64,000 bases of DNA from the IMG/VR virus record IMGVR_UViG_3300025117_000034, one strand, 5' to 3'. Origin of the DNA: a virus. Lineage: Duplodnaviria; Heunggongvirae; Uroviricota; Caudoviricetes. Positions 32,969 through 42,101 of the stretch are shown in pieces. The notes below the pieces were generated by a model. The model was not told the DNA's origin. It saw only the letters and a list, made by a program, of their open reading frames with translations, and made no database searches. The translations under genes were made by a program, and so were the position numbers. How positions within the stretch are numbered: the stretch's first letter is position 1; each line of letters opens with the position of its first letter.

Positions 32969-33289
32969 CTAGAATCTATTATTAGGTGAGGTACCGAACA
33001 GGAACAACTCTCGGTACAATGGGTTGGTCGAGGAGGGATCTACACTTACTGTTACTGGTGCATTCTCTGTAGGCTGATCATCTGAGTTTAACTCTTGGAG
33101 CACCAATGTGGTGGGTACGTTTACATCAATGGCATCTACTCTGTACTCGGAACCTACCTTGCGATCAACTACAATGTCCCCTGGCTTAAGGTAGACACCG
33201 TTGTACATGTGGGTAGCAGGGTCATACTTGATAGCGTTGGAGTCCATGGACTCCTTCAAGTACTTGAGGATGAGAAGCTCTTTAGACAT
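32969..33289 (-). CDS. hypothetical protein
   Basis: ORF track, 106 aa. Confidence 0.5.
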   Translation of the reverse strand: MSKELLILKYLKESMDSNAIKYDPATHMYNGVYLKPGDIVVDRKVGSEYRVDAIDVNVPTTLVLQELNSDDQPTENAPVTVSVDPSSTNPLYRELFLFGTSPNNRF

Positions 33290-33674
33290 TGCCAGTCTCT
33301 GATGCTGTGTTGGCTACCTCTGTCTGATAGCTGGCTAGGAATGTATCGAGCTCTGTAAGTGAATCACGTAGTCCTTGGATGTGCTCGAAGGACTTCTCAA
33401 GTGACTTGCTATCTGACTTGCTTAGCTGTGACAAGGTGTGTGCTAGTACTGTCATGCTCTTCAGTACTTCTGATGCCCTTGAGCCAACCTCTGGCAGCTT
33501 ATGCAGGGCAAAGTTATCTGCCTTCACTGGCTGGTTGAGTGCGTCTACCTCATCTGACCCAAAGGTAACCTGTGTGTGACCATCGCCTGTCGGAGTTGTT
33601 ACTCTGTCCTTGGGACCAGTGAAGTCAACCACATCTTCTCGTAGCATCTTGAGCAACTGAATAGTAGCTTGCAT
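33282..33674 (-). CDS. hypothetical protein
   Basis: ORF track, 130 aa. Promoter-like ATGTATAAGTAA motif upstream. Confidence 0.5.
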   Translation of the reverse strand: MQATIQLLKMLREDVVDFTGPKDRVTTPTGDGHTQVTFGSDEVDALNQPVKADNFALHKLPEVGSRASEVLKSMTVLAHTLSQLSKSDSKSLEKSFEHIQGLRDSLTELDTFLASYQTEVANTASETGNV

Positions 33675-33722
33675 GTAGTATCCTCTTACTCGTTATGTGA
33701 TAATGTATAAGTAAAAGGTTGC

Positions 33723-33974
33723 CTATTTAAACCACCATTCTTTATCCTGGTAGCTCTGTCCTATACTCTTATCAGCGTGGCACTTAATGTGACATGTGCA
33801 CTCTGTAAGCTTAACCATCTCTAGCTGCTTGACCACCTGCTTATCCCTGTCAAACATATAGAATCCCCTGCCCTCTACCACGTCAACGAAGTTATCCTCT
33901 ATGTCCTTGCGACCTATAACCACAGTCTGTCCAGGACATATGGATAGGATGAGCTCCTTAATTACATCACTCAT
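33723..33974 (-). CDS. hypothetical protein
   Basis: ORF track, 83 aa. Confidence 0.45.
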   Translation of the reverse strand: MSDVIKELILSICPGQTVVIGRKDIEDNFVDVVEGRGFYMFDRDKQVVKQLEMVKLTECTCHIKCHADKSIGQSYQDKEWWFK

Positions 33975-34200
33975 CTAGATCTAACTCCTTGAATCCAATA
34001 CAGGTCTTAGCGTCAACCTCAGCAGCTTGTACCTCGAACTCACGGAACATACCTTCACGTGGGTTATCAGTCCAGTATGATACCTGATAGGTGATAACGT
34101 TGTTGCGTCCTATAGTTACTCCCACAACAAAGCCAGTGAGCTCAGGGCATAGGACAAAGCTAACCTGTGTTCCGATTGGATAGATCTCTAAGGTTTCCAT
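33967..34200 (-). CDS. hypothetical protein
   Basis: ORF track, 77 aa. Confidence 0.45.
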   Translation of the reverse strand: METLEIYPIGTQVSFVLCPELTGFVVGVTIGRNNVITYQVSYWTDNPREGMFREFEVQAAEVDAKTCIGFKELDLDE

Positions 34201-34243
34201 TTAGTTCTCCTATCTATATTGTACTACTGGCGAGCACAAACTT

Positions 34244-34675
34244 CTACTCTGGATTTGTAGCACCAGGAACAGGGACATTAGTTGGCTTCTGTACACTGAC
34301 ATCAACTGCTCCAGGTACTGGCTTGTTCCCTGCCTTCTTATCGTTAAGGGCCCGCTGTGCACGTTCAAACTGATCCTTGGTTACTGTGGTGGGTACTGGC
34401 ATACCCTGCTCCATCTCACCCATTGGATCCTTAAAGATAACCCCATCAGCAGTGGTCTCGTAAGGCACGTTACGCTCTAGCATATCCATGGTTTCATCAA
34501 GGCTTGCCTCACTGGTTGGATAGGAAGCATTGCTCTTGCTACCTTCCCCGCCAACGAAGTTACCGTGCTGGTCATAGCCACCAGCAGCTGGGTCATCCGC
34601 AGATGTATAGTGTGTGGTCACTGCTTCCTTGACTGACTTAAGTAGCCCACGAATGTCCTTGATCATTGTCCTCAC
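34244..34675 (-). CDS. hypothetical protein
   Basis: ORF track, 143 aa. Promoter-like motif upstream. Confidence 0.5.
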   Translation of the reverse strand: MRTMIKDIRGLLKSVKEAVTTHYTSADDPAAGGYDQHGNFVGGEGSKSNASYPTSEASLDETMDMLERNVPYETTADGVIFKDPMGEMEQGMPVPTTVTKDQFERAQRALNDKKAGNKPVPGAVDVSVQKPTNVPVPGATNPE

Positions 34676-34755
34676 CTCTGTACTTGTTATGATGTAAATG
34701 TATAAGTAAAAAGGGAGATGCCTTGATGGGCACCTCCCCTGTGTACTCAGTGTTG

Positions 34756-35040
34756 TTACGGACGGATGATGCGGCTCTGCTGCTTCTCATGTGCATCCTG
34801 TACTGCGCTCATGTGTAGGTCAAGCACAACCCAGTTAAGCATGCCAGCAATGTCCACAGGTGATAGATTGAACTCGCTCATGTACTTATTGATAGTGGTA
34901 ATGATCTCTACATATGCTTCCTTCTTAGCCATGTTGTACTGAACGAAACGATCAACAGCTGGCTTCTCACTTGCAGCAGCTTCCTCCATGGGTGTTGGCT
35001 GTGTATCTCCACCGATTACTTTGCTCTCATCTTCTGACAT
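34756..35040 (-). CDS. hypothetical protein
   Basis: ORF track, 94 aa. Confidence 0.5.
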   Translation of the reverse strand: MSEDESKVIGGDTQPTPMEEAAASEKPAVDRFVQYNMAKKEAYVEIITTINKYMSEFNLSPVDIAGMLNWVVLDLHMSAVQDAHEKQQSRIIRP

Positions 35041-35070
35041 AACTATCTCCTGTCCGTATTGTTAGTGACT

Positions 35071-35529
35071 CTAACGGTCACTTCTGTTTAGATAATCACG
35101 CTCAGTGTTAACATGGGTCTTGCCATCACCCTCTACAATGACGGTCTGCTCACCACGGATCACTGCTTGCCAGTCAATACTAAGTGCTTGATGCGGTGTG
35201 TTAAGCGGAGCCTCAGTGATTGTGGACGCTGGGTTGTCACCGACTATCTGATACTGTGACTGATAATCCCAACCATAATGATTACCATTGTTCTCGGTGT
35301 TACCATTAGCTTGCTCAGGTAGGCTAATACCAATTGCGTCCTCTACACGACCACGTACTTCCTGCTCAACCCTGTCACGTACCTCTCGACCAATAGCCCT
35401 GCCCATGTCACGCAGGACACCTTTGGTGTAGGTGGTGTCAGTCTTTGTAAGCTTGTGCATCTCATCAGCAAAGGTGGGTGTGTACAGAAGGAATACTGAT
35501 AACGCTGCAACGATAAGACGAGTCTTCAT
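35071..35529 (-). CDS. secreted/periplasmic hypothetical protein (signal peptide)
   Basis: MKTRLIVAALSVFLLYTPTFA signal peptide, then a repeat REVRDRVEQEVRGRVED. Confidence 0.55.
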   Translation of the reverse strand: MKTRLIVAALSVFLLYTPTFADEMHKLTKTDTTYTKGVLRDMGRAIGREVRDRVEQEVRGRVEDAIGISLPEQANGNTENNGNHYGWDYQSQYQIVGDNPASTITEAPLNTPHQALSIDWQAVIRGEQTVIVEGDGKTHVNTERDYLNRSDR

Positions 35530-35597
35530 GTCCGTCTCCTTTCCTCTATGATTATATTATACTACAGTTGTTTATAAATGTCAAGCTGAATTACTAA

Positions 35598-35957
35598 CTA
35601 GGCTCCCATACCAGCTGGTGTTACTGCTGCTGACCCTGGACTGTTAGCTCCAACCATACCGCCTGTTGGAGTCTCTGCCCCCACTGAAGGAGGATTACCT
35701 GGAGGTGACTGAGTGCCACCCTCTGGCCTCTGGGTCTGCTGCTGAGCTTGTGGGTTAGCCTGAACGAACTGCTGGATGGCTTCGCCAATCTCTGTCAAGG
35801 TCTTCACTGCCTGTTCACGAACCGGACCTTCTTTATATGTGGTGCACACTGTAAGCAGCTCTGTGATGTCACGTTTAATGTTGTTAAAGAACTCAAGGGG
35901 AACCCGATCCTTCTCAAGCATCTCTACCAGGTTCTTCATGTTAAACCGTGTTCCCAT
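35598..35957 (-). CDS. hypothetical protein
   Basis: ORF track, 119 aa. Confidence 0.5.
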   Translation of the reverse strand: MGTRFNMKNLVEMLEKDRVPLEFFNNIKRDITELLTVCTTYKEGPVREQAVKTLTEIGEAIQQFVQANPQAQQQTQRPEGGTQSPPGNPPSVGAETPTGGMVGANSPGSAAVTPAGMGA

Positions 35958-36151
35958 GCTTCAACTCCTGAAAATTTTTTAGGTGCTCTTATTCCGTCAC
36001 TGTGATACTAAACAGGATTTTGTATCACGTATTTAAAAGACTTATGACTTCAGTTTTCTAAATCTAAATTGTCTGTTTCCGTCACTGTGATATCTAAATT
36101 TAATAGGTACTAGCCTTAGATGTCACGCAGTAGTGTATAAGAAAATAGTTA

Positions 36152-36748
36152 CTAAGCTACTTTAACTTTACACACCCATGCAGCCTGGAGGAATGGATCA
36201 GCAAGCAGTGGTCGTAGTAGGTATCTCCGGCTACATTCCTCTATATGATTCTCTGTAATCTCGCAGCAAGGCCACACCTTACCACGCATCTCCTTATTAA
36301 AGAATGTCATATCAGGTGCATAGTCATGAGCCATAATAATATCCCCAACCTTAAGGAATTGGGAGAAGTGATTGAACTCACCAATCTTGTTACCATTGTC
36401 GCATAGTAGAACTGTGATGCCATCCTGCCTGATCATATCAGAGATCTCTTTTAGTGTATCACTTGCAAAGATATCCTTGAACCGCATATCAACACCGAGC
36501 TTATCCAGTACTGACTTGTCAAACAATGAGTTAGCAATGTCGTAGGAGATTACAGAGCAACCTGCTGTTAGGCTGTATAAACCAAGGAATGTAGTGAGCC
36601 CACCATTGAGAGCACCTAGCTCAATGACACGAGCTGGCTTCACAGTCTTGAAGAGCATATCAAAAGCCTCAAGAGCATACTCGTTCTGTGACATTGGGTA
36701 CCCAAGGAAGTCAAGCCTACCTGAATTACCAACAACACTATGCTTCAT
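36152..36748 (-). CDS. class I SAM-dependent methyltransferase (CmcI/Methyltransf_24-like)
   Basis: ARVIELGALNGGLTTF resembles motif I. Size and position fit the glycan cluster. Confidence 0.45.
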   Translation of the reverse strand: MKHSVVGNSGRLDFLGYPMSQNEYALEAFDMLFKTVKPARVIELGALNGGLTTFLGLYSLTAGCSVISYDIANSLFDKSVLDKLGVDMRFKDIFASDTLKEISDMIRQDGITVLLCDNGNKIGEFNHFSQFLKVGDIIMAHDYAPDMTFFNKEMRGKVWPCCEITENHIEECSRRYLLRPLLADPFLQAAWVCKVKVA

Positions 36749-37454
36749 ACGTGAACTCCTTTAGCTCAAACACTGGTTTAAACGTGGCATTAGTTGTGAA
36801 TGACTTTGCATTACTGTGTATACCATTGATACCTATATGGTTACTACGTGAGTGACCAGGAACAACATTGAACATATTGTTCCTCTCAATGATCCTTCGT
36901 ATGTTCCAGTCCCAACCACCTGGAGTTCCTGTAGCCTTACCACTTGAGTAATCAAAGTCCCATGTGTTACGCAGATACGTATTCCATCTGTCCTTCCATG
37001 TCATCCATACCCAGCAGGTTAGCAATCCTAATTTTCTAAATGCATATGGGTTATCCTCTTGCACCGTTTCATTCCTACCACTGACAACCATCACATCCTT
37101 CTGATCCTTGAACAACTTATCAGCTGCAGTGAACATATCAATGATATCATTAGATACAATGAAGTCTTCCTCTGCCAGTACTACACTATCTGAATGTTCA
37201 AACCCACGCTCCAAAGCATTCCAGCTGTTCTTTGCACAACCAATGACTCCCTCATTAACATTGATTGTTACATCACCCACTGAAGAGTTATGACAGAACG
37301 AATCAAGGACAGCAATCATCTCCTTGAGCTTGTCAGTCTTCTCTATATTGAATATCATCTTTACCTTATCAAGATTGTTAACTGCTGCCCAGGAATTCAT
37401 AGTCTCAACAAAGTAATCAACTCTGTTGAATGCAGTGAATGTTATGCAAAGCAT
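36738..37454 (-). CDS. glycosyltransferase, GT2-like (GT-A fold)
   Basis: N-terminal CITFTAFNRVDYFVETMNS resembles GT2 IPTYNR. Acidic EED motif. Confidence 0.45.
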   Translation of the reverse strand: MLCITFTAFNRVDYFVETMNSWAAVNNLDKVKMIFNIEKTDKLKEMIAVLDSFCHNSSVGDVTINVNEGVIGCAKNSWNALERGFEHSDSVVLAEEDFIVSNDIIDMFTAADKLFKDQKDVMVVSGRNETVQEDNPYAFRKLGLLTCWVWMTWKDRWNTYLRNTWDFDYSSGKATGTPGGWDWNIRRIIERNNMFNVVPGHSRSNHIGINGIHSNAKSFTTNATFKPVFELKEFTYEA

Positions 37455-38065
37455 GTGGCTCTGTACCCCTCCATGATTACCTCTAGTATGTTCTCATCCT
37501 TTGTAGCCATGAACAGACCACGATCTGTTCTCTCGTTGTCCCGCTGTTCACAATCATGTACCCAGTAATAACTTGGGTCATTAACTATAACGTTGTACAA
37601 CGTTATAGTTAATGCGCAACCACCGAGCTTTAGGTTAACCGAGTTGGTGTCATGAGCTACCAATAGCCTAGGTAGTTCTGGCTTAGCTATGATAGCTTTC
37701 CACTCCTCCTGGGTTGGAGCAAGGCGATGGTCGCTGTCCAGGAACACAACATCAAAGGGTGGGTTGATACGTATGGCATCAGCACCCTTACCATGGAAGA
37801 TCTCATGCCCACCAATAACCTTTATTGCCTGTGGCTGAAAGTTAATGTCAGCGAACATAGCTCTAAGGATATGCCCCTTGTTGGCTGCATCAACGAACAC
37901 AGAGCTCGACACACCCTTCCACGAGCCAGACTCCAATGATGATAGCCATGGCCCACCAACAGGGTTGCTCAACACGTAGTGCATCCACTCTAAATGCCTC
38001 GTGTCAATTGACATACCAATGTCGAAGTCTGTCACACCTAGCTCAGCAAAGTTAATGTTACTCAT
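37442..38065 (-). CDS. methyltransferase-like protein (DVVFLDSDH motif)
   Basis: FDVVFLDSDH resembles class I O-MTase DFVFIDADH. Confidence 0.4.
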   Translation of the reverse strand: MSNINFAELGVTDFDIGMSIDTRHLEWMHYVLSNPVGGPWLSSLESGSWKGVSSSVFVDAANKGHILRAMFADINFQPQAIKVIGGHEIFHGKGADAIRINPPFDVVFLDSDHRLAPTQEEWKAIIAKPELPRLLVAHDTNSVNLKLGGCALTITLYNVIVNDPSYYWVHDCEQRDNERTDRGLFMATKDENILEVIMEGYRATCFA

Positions 38066-38723
38066 TGTGCACGTTCAGTCTGCTCAGTGCCGCAACCCTT
38101 AAGTCCTTGTCCACTGAAGTAAGGTGTGCAAGGAAGTCACCCTCAGCCCATGGATCCAAAGCCAATGGTTGAACAAAAGCTGGCACAGCATTTAGGATAC
38201 GACGATTTAGAATATTAATATAGTACCTTGTGTGTGGCACAGTCTTGAGCACTTCCCTTACTGCACCTTGATCCTGCTCATAGACTGCACGTGAGTACTT
38301 AAGCAAAGAGCTAGCAAGGTCCAGCAGTTCATTACCTCTAGTGGTATTCATCCACACAAAGTTACCCATAGAGAAGTTACTGTAGGGCTGGTCAATAGGA
38401 TGGTTACCCCAGTCAGTAGATGCATACAAGCATTTCTGACCGTCAATGTTATGCAGGGTCTTAATCAGAGTCATGATGTCAATGAACTGATTAGTTATAA
38501 CTGCATCAGCATCAAGCCATAGTACAGCATCATACCCTTGCTGAAACAGTTCCTTGATTAAACGTAGCTTCTGCCAAGATGGCAGACCAAACTCTTCTGG
38601 GTAGTCAACGTTACACTTAAATGATAGCCCGTACTTCTCAGCGTACCATTCTTTACCCTGCTTGGTACGTGCACCCATCCATGCAAAGTCTTCCCTGTAA
38701 CCTGTAAGCAATACGGTATTCAT
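38058..38723 (-). CDS. nucleotide-sugar glycosyltransferase (GT-A, DxD)
   Basis: YDAVLWLDADAV carries a DxD motif. Confidence 0.5.
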   Translation of the reverse strand: MNTVLLTGYREDFAWMGARTKQGKEWYAEKYGLSFKCNVDYPEEFGLPSWQKLRLIKELFQQGYDAVLWLDADAVITNQFIDIMTLIKTLHNIDGQKCLYASTDWGNHPIDQPYSNFSMGNFVWMNTTRGNELLDLASSLLKYSRAVYEQDQGAVREVLKTVPHTRYYINILNRRILNAVPAFVQPLALDPWAEGDFLAHLTSVDKDLRVAALSRLNVHNE

Positions 38724-38731
38724 GTAATCTC

Positions 38732-39463
38732 CTAGTTAAATGTGTAGCGGCCTGAGATACCATCAAAGATGCAGTTGGGACACTTGATATACGATTCCTG
38801 CGCAAAGGGAAGCCCTAGGCCGATGCGAACTGACATAGGCATACTTTGGTTACCAATGAAATATCGTGCGTCCTTGAGCCTCTGAGCTAGCACCAATGCG
38901 TTCTCACAGGGGTAATAGGGGATGTCAATCTCAAAGGTCTTACTGAACACCTCGTGCTCAAACGGTGTGCCTACGAACTCTGCCTTGTCCCTACACATAC
39001 CAGCAAGGGTTACCCACATGATATAGGCTGTGTGATATCTAAGACTTCTGTTAACAACTATCTCTCTGACAGGAGCTCTACCACTATCAGGAACCTCAAT
39101 CCAAGGTATAATCTCTTTATCAGATAGATCTAGATTGAAGTACTTAAGATGGGACTGAGCTAGGTTCTCTTGATTATCTGCCCTAAGCCTTGTTCTAAAG
39201 CCATTTAGATTTACATTGATCTTCTGTGATACATACTTCTCTACGCCATGTATGTAAGGCTGAGCTTCAATCAGCGGCTTAAGGAAGTTATAACAAGTGT
39301 CATTGAACTTAAGGTGCCACCCAGATCCAAGCTGCCGGTTAACAAACGGATCGTTTCCACCCCCGCTAGTATCCAGATACAGTACTCCACCACCCATTGC
39401 GCGTATCGTTGGAAGCGCATATACAATGTCCCCCATGTCTCCTGAATGTAAAAAGGTCTTCAC
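38732..39463 (-). CDS. GT9-like (heptosyltransferase-fold) glycosyltransferase, tentative
   Basis: SGDMGDIVYALPTIRAM resembles GT9 LGDV...P..RAL. C-terminal FIGNQSMPMSV resembles VGNDSGPMHLA. Confidence 0.4.
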   Translation of the reverse strand: MKTFLHSGDMGDIVYALPTIRAMGGGVLYLDTSGGGNDPFVNRQLGSGWHLKFNDTCYNFLKPLIEAQPYIHGVEKYVSQKINVNLNGFRTRLRADNQENLAQSHLKYFNLDLSDKEIIPWIEVPDSGRAPVREIVVNRSLRYHTAYIMWVTLAGMCRDKAEFVGTPFEHEVFSKTFEIDIPYYPCENALVLAQRLKDARYFIGNQSMPMSVRIGLGLPFAQESYIKCPNCIFDGISGRYTFN

Positions 39464-39672
39464 TTTTTGTGCTCCTTCTTAATCTGCAACATATTCTTGG
39501 ATCTGGTCTTTAGCCAATGCTTGGACACTTTATCACCACACTGAAGGCACACTATGAACTTCTCTTCATTTAGTTTCTGGTGGAATGTTGTACGCTGTAC
39601 TGCTACTTCTACACTACCCCTGTCAGGGTTTTCTATTAGTTTACCACAGTCATCACAGAACGTAGCTTGCAT
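39460..39672 (-). CDS. zinc-ribbon mini-protein
   Basis: CDDCGK...CLQCGDK. Confidence 0.45.
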   Translation of the reverse strand: MQATFCDDCGKLIENPDRGSVEVAVQRTTFHQKLNEEKFIVCLQCGDKVSKHWLKTRSKNMLQIKKEHKK

Positions 39673-39711
39673 ACCATCTCCTCTGTCCTCTTACATTATA
39701 CTACTAGGAGA

Positions 39712-41091
39712 TTACTTTTTTAAGGTGGTGTACACAAGAACAGCTGCAGTGTAAGCTGACTTAGCCTTTACTCTATCCTCATCTGTTAGATCTGGTGACT
39801 TAACTATCTTGGGATCAGACAGTGATCCAACAAGCATGATAGCCCTGTAGAGCTTATTCATTGCCATGTCATCTTTACTTAAGTCAATGACATCCTTGAA
39901 CTCAGACAGGTCAATGGCACTAAAGTTATTCTTAAGCAGGAATATCTCACCGCTTCCCAGTGGTGTACTGGTGCTTGTCTTGGTGTTAACCAGTGCTGAC
40001 TTGCCATTAGGTTGTATCCTATCTAGAAGTTCCACACCAAAGTCTATCTGTTCCTGAAGCAGTACTAGCTTATCCTCTGGTGTGACATCAGCTTCAATAG
40101 GTTCTTTGTCGGCTTCAGCTGGCTCCTCAACTGGAGCACTAGGTTCTTCAACGTCTACCTCGGACTCTGGCTCAGCTTCCTCGCCATCCTCATCAGGTAC
40201 GTTGACATCTTCCTCACCCTGGTCTTCAGCTGCAGCCTCAAGTAGATCATTGATGGTGTACTTAGTACCAGATGCTGTGTTGATAATGTACACAGCTGTC
40301 TCCACATCCTCAAAGGTTTCAATGCTATTCATAACTTCTCTGAGCACTGACTCCTCATTACCTTCAATGTCTTCTTCCTTCTCACCAGTAAAGGCGGCAA
40401 GGAATGCCCTAAGCTTTGACTCAGAGATGCCTGACTCAAGATAGTTAAGCAGAGCTTCCTTCTGCATGTTAAGGGTATGCACGTCACCCTTGGCAGTAGG
40501 CTTCTCTACAGGCTTCTCATATGAACTTGTGTCCTCTGGGGGTGCGACAGGTTCCTCAGCTGGTGCTTCATCTGGTACATCCTCAGCAGGCTTGTCAGCA
40601 GTTGTCTCGGTAATACCAACCAGTCTCCTGGTTATGGGTAGGGTATTGAATCCAGCTTTAGATAATGAACCAGATAGAGCCAGCGTACTATCAATGAGAT
40701 CATCAAAGAGTGGCTCTTCAATACCCTCTGAACGAATGGTGGCTAGTATTGATTCCACAATGCTGGCCAGTTTATCAATGCCAGTCTTAACTCCCTTTAC
40801 GTACTCAGCTTCCACAGTCTTATTGTGCTCATCATCCTCTGCGTCTACATCGTCAGCCCAGTCTTCGTTACCGATCCAATCAAAGATACTGCCAACAACA
40901 TTAGTCAATGCTTCGAAGTCATCTTCAATGTCGGGTATTGATTCCTCAGGGATCTTATCTAATATCTTGGTAGACGCAGCTTGAGCTGAGGACAGAAGAT
41001 CCTCAGCAGATTTCTCAAGGGAATCCTGCGCAGCTTTCACTTCTTTATTATTAGTATCTGGGAACTCTATTGCTAACTCCAAAGGCCGCAT
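39712..41091 (-). CDS. highly acidic protein (candidate scaffold/internal virion protein)
   Basis: 459 aa with very high D/E content. First gene of the structural block. Confidence 0.55.
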   Translation of the reverse strand: MRPLELAIEFPDTNNKEVKAAQDSLEKSAEDLLSSAQAASTKILDKIPEESIPDIEDDFEALTNVVGSIFDWIGNEDWADDVDAEDDEHNKTVEAEYVKGVKTGIDKLASIVESILATIRSEGIEEPLFDDLIDSTLALSGSLSKAGFNTLPITRRLVGITETTADKPAEDVPDEAPAEEPVAPPEDTSSYEKPVEKPTAKGDVHTLNMQKEALLNYLESGISESKLRAFLAAFTGEKEEDIEGNEESVLREVMNSIETFEDVETAVYIINTASGTKYTINDLLEAAAEDQGEEDVNVPDEDGEEAEPESEVDVEEPSAPVEEPAEADKEPIEADVTPEDKLVLLQEQIDFGVELLDRIQPNGKSALVNTKTSTSTPLGSGEIFLLKNNFSAIDLSEFKDVIDLSKDDMAMNKLYRAIMLVGSLSDPKIVKSPDLTDEDRVKAKSAYTAAVLVYTTLKK

Positions 41092-41099
41092 CTATCTAC

Positions 41100-42089
41100 C
41101 TAACCTTTAGCAGTTGGTGTGCTGTTAGCTGGACCCTGCTGTTTAATAAACTTCTTGGATACTCTGTTGAGCTCAATCATCTTGCTGTTGATGAAGCTCT
41201 TGTCCTCATCAGCAGCATTCTTTTGAATGGCATCAGCCAGTCTTAGGATGAAGTCCACAGCGTTATCATCGCCGTTCTCAAGCTTCTGGATGTAGCCGAA
41301 CATCTCTTTGTTTAACTCATCTATTCTTTCGTTGTCAGAGTACTTCCTGGCTATACTAATGCACAGCTCCTTAGCTGCCTTGAGTGCACCCTTTAGCCTG
41401 TCAGTAGCCACTGGCTCATCTACGCTCTTGACATCCTTGTTGCTTACTGGTTCCTGGCCAAGAGCTGTTAGACTTGCCTGGATGTCTGCCAGTGCTGACT
41501 TGAGAACGCCTGAAAACTCTGGCTTGGATGACATCAAGGCTGCTACATTCTCAGGTAGGGTAACCTTAGAGAACGTGGTGTACAACTCATTGAGCTTGGT
41601 TAGGGCTTCAGCATCCGTAGCGGCTGACTTGATAGCTGTGTTAGTATCAAGCAGTGCGGAGTCCAGCTGTGCTACCATGGTATCAATGGCATTGATAAGC
41701 TCAGGGTCTTCAACCCCGTCCTTCAATGATTCATAGGACACAACAATGTTACGCAGCTTGCCAAGGACTTCAGCAAACCGCTGTCTCTTATAGTCAGCTT
41801 CCATCAGCACTGCATCATTGATACTCTCAAGCACAGAGATAACATCCATGATACCTGGGCATGACAACTTGGAAACCCTGTCCCGTGCATCTGATGCGCA
41901 CTCTAGAATTGCACGGATACCCTCTGAGCGAATTGACTCAGAGGCGTACCCACAAAGAAGCACACCTTCTACGTGCCCACTGATCTTGTCAGCATCAGCA
42001 CGTAGAAGTTCTTTGGTACCTGAATCCTCAAGTGCATCACAAGCTACCTTGAAGTCCTGCACTAAGCTTTGCATAGCACTGTGTCCCAT
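41100..42089 (-). CDS. alpha-helical hypothetical protein
   Basis: ORF track, 329 aa. Confidence 0.55.
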   Translation of the reverse strand: MGHSAMQSLVQDFKVACDALEDSGTKELLRADADKISGHVEGVLLCGYASESIRSEGIRAILECASDARDRVSKLSCPGIMDVISVLESINDAVLMEADYKRQRFAEVLGKLRNIVVSYESLKDGVEDPELINAIDTMVAQLDSALLDTNTAIKSAATDAEALTKLNELYTTFSKVTLPENVAALMSSKPEFSGVLKSALADIQASLTALGQEPVSNKDVKSVDEPVATDRLKGALKAAKELCISIARKYSDNERIDELNKEMFGYIQKLENGDDNAVDFILRLADAIQKNAADEDKSFINSKMIELNRVSKKFIKQQGPANSTPTAKG

Positions 42090-42101
42090 TTGTACACCTA
42101 T

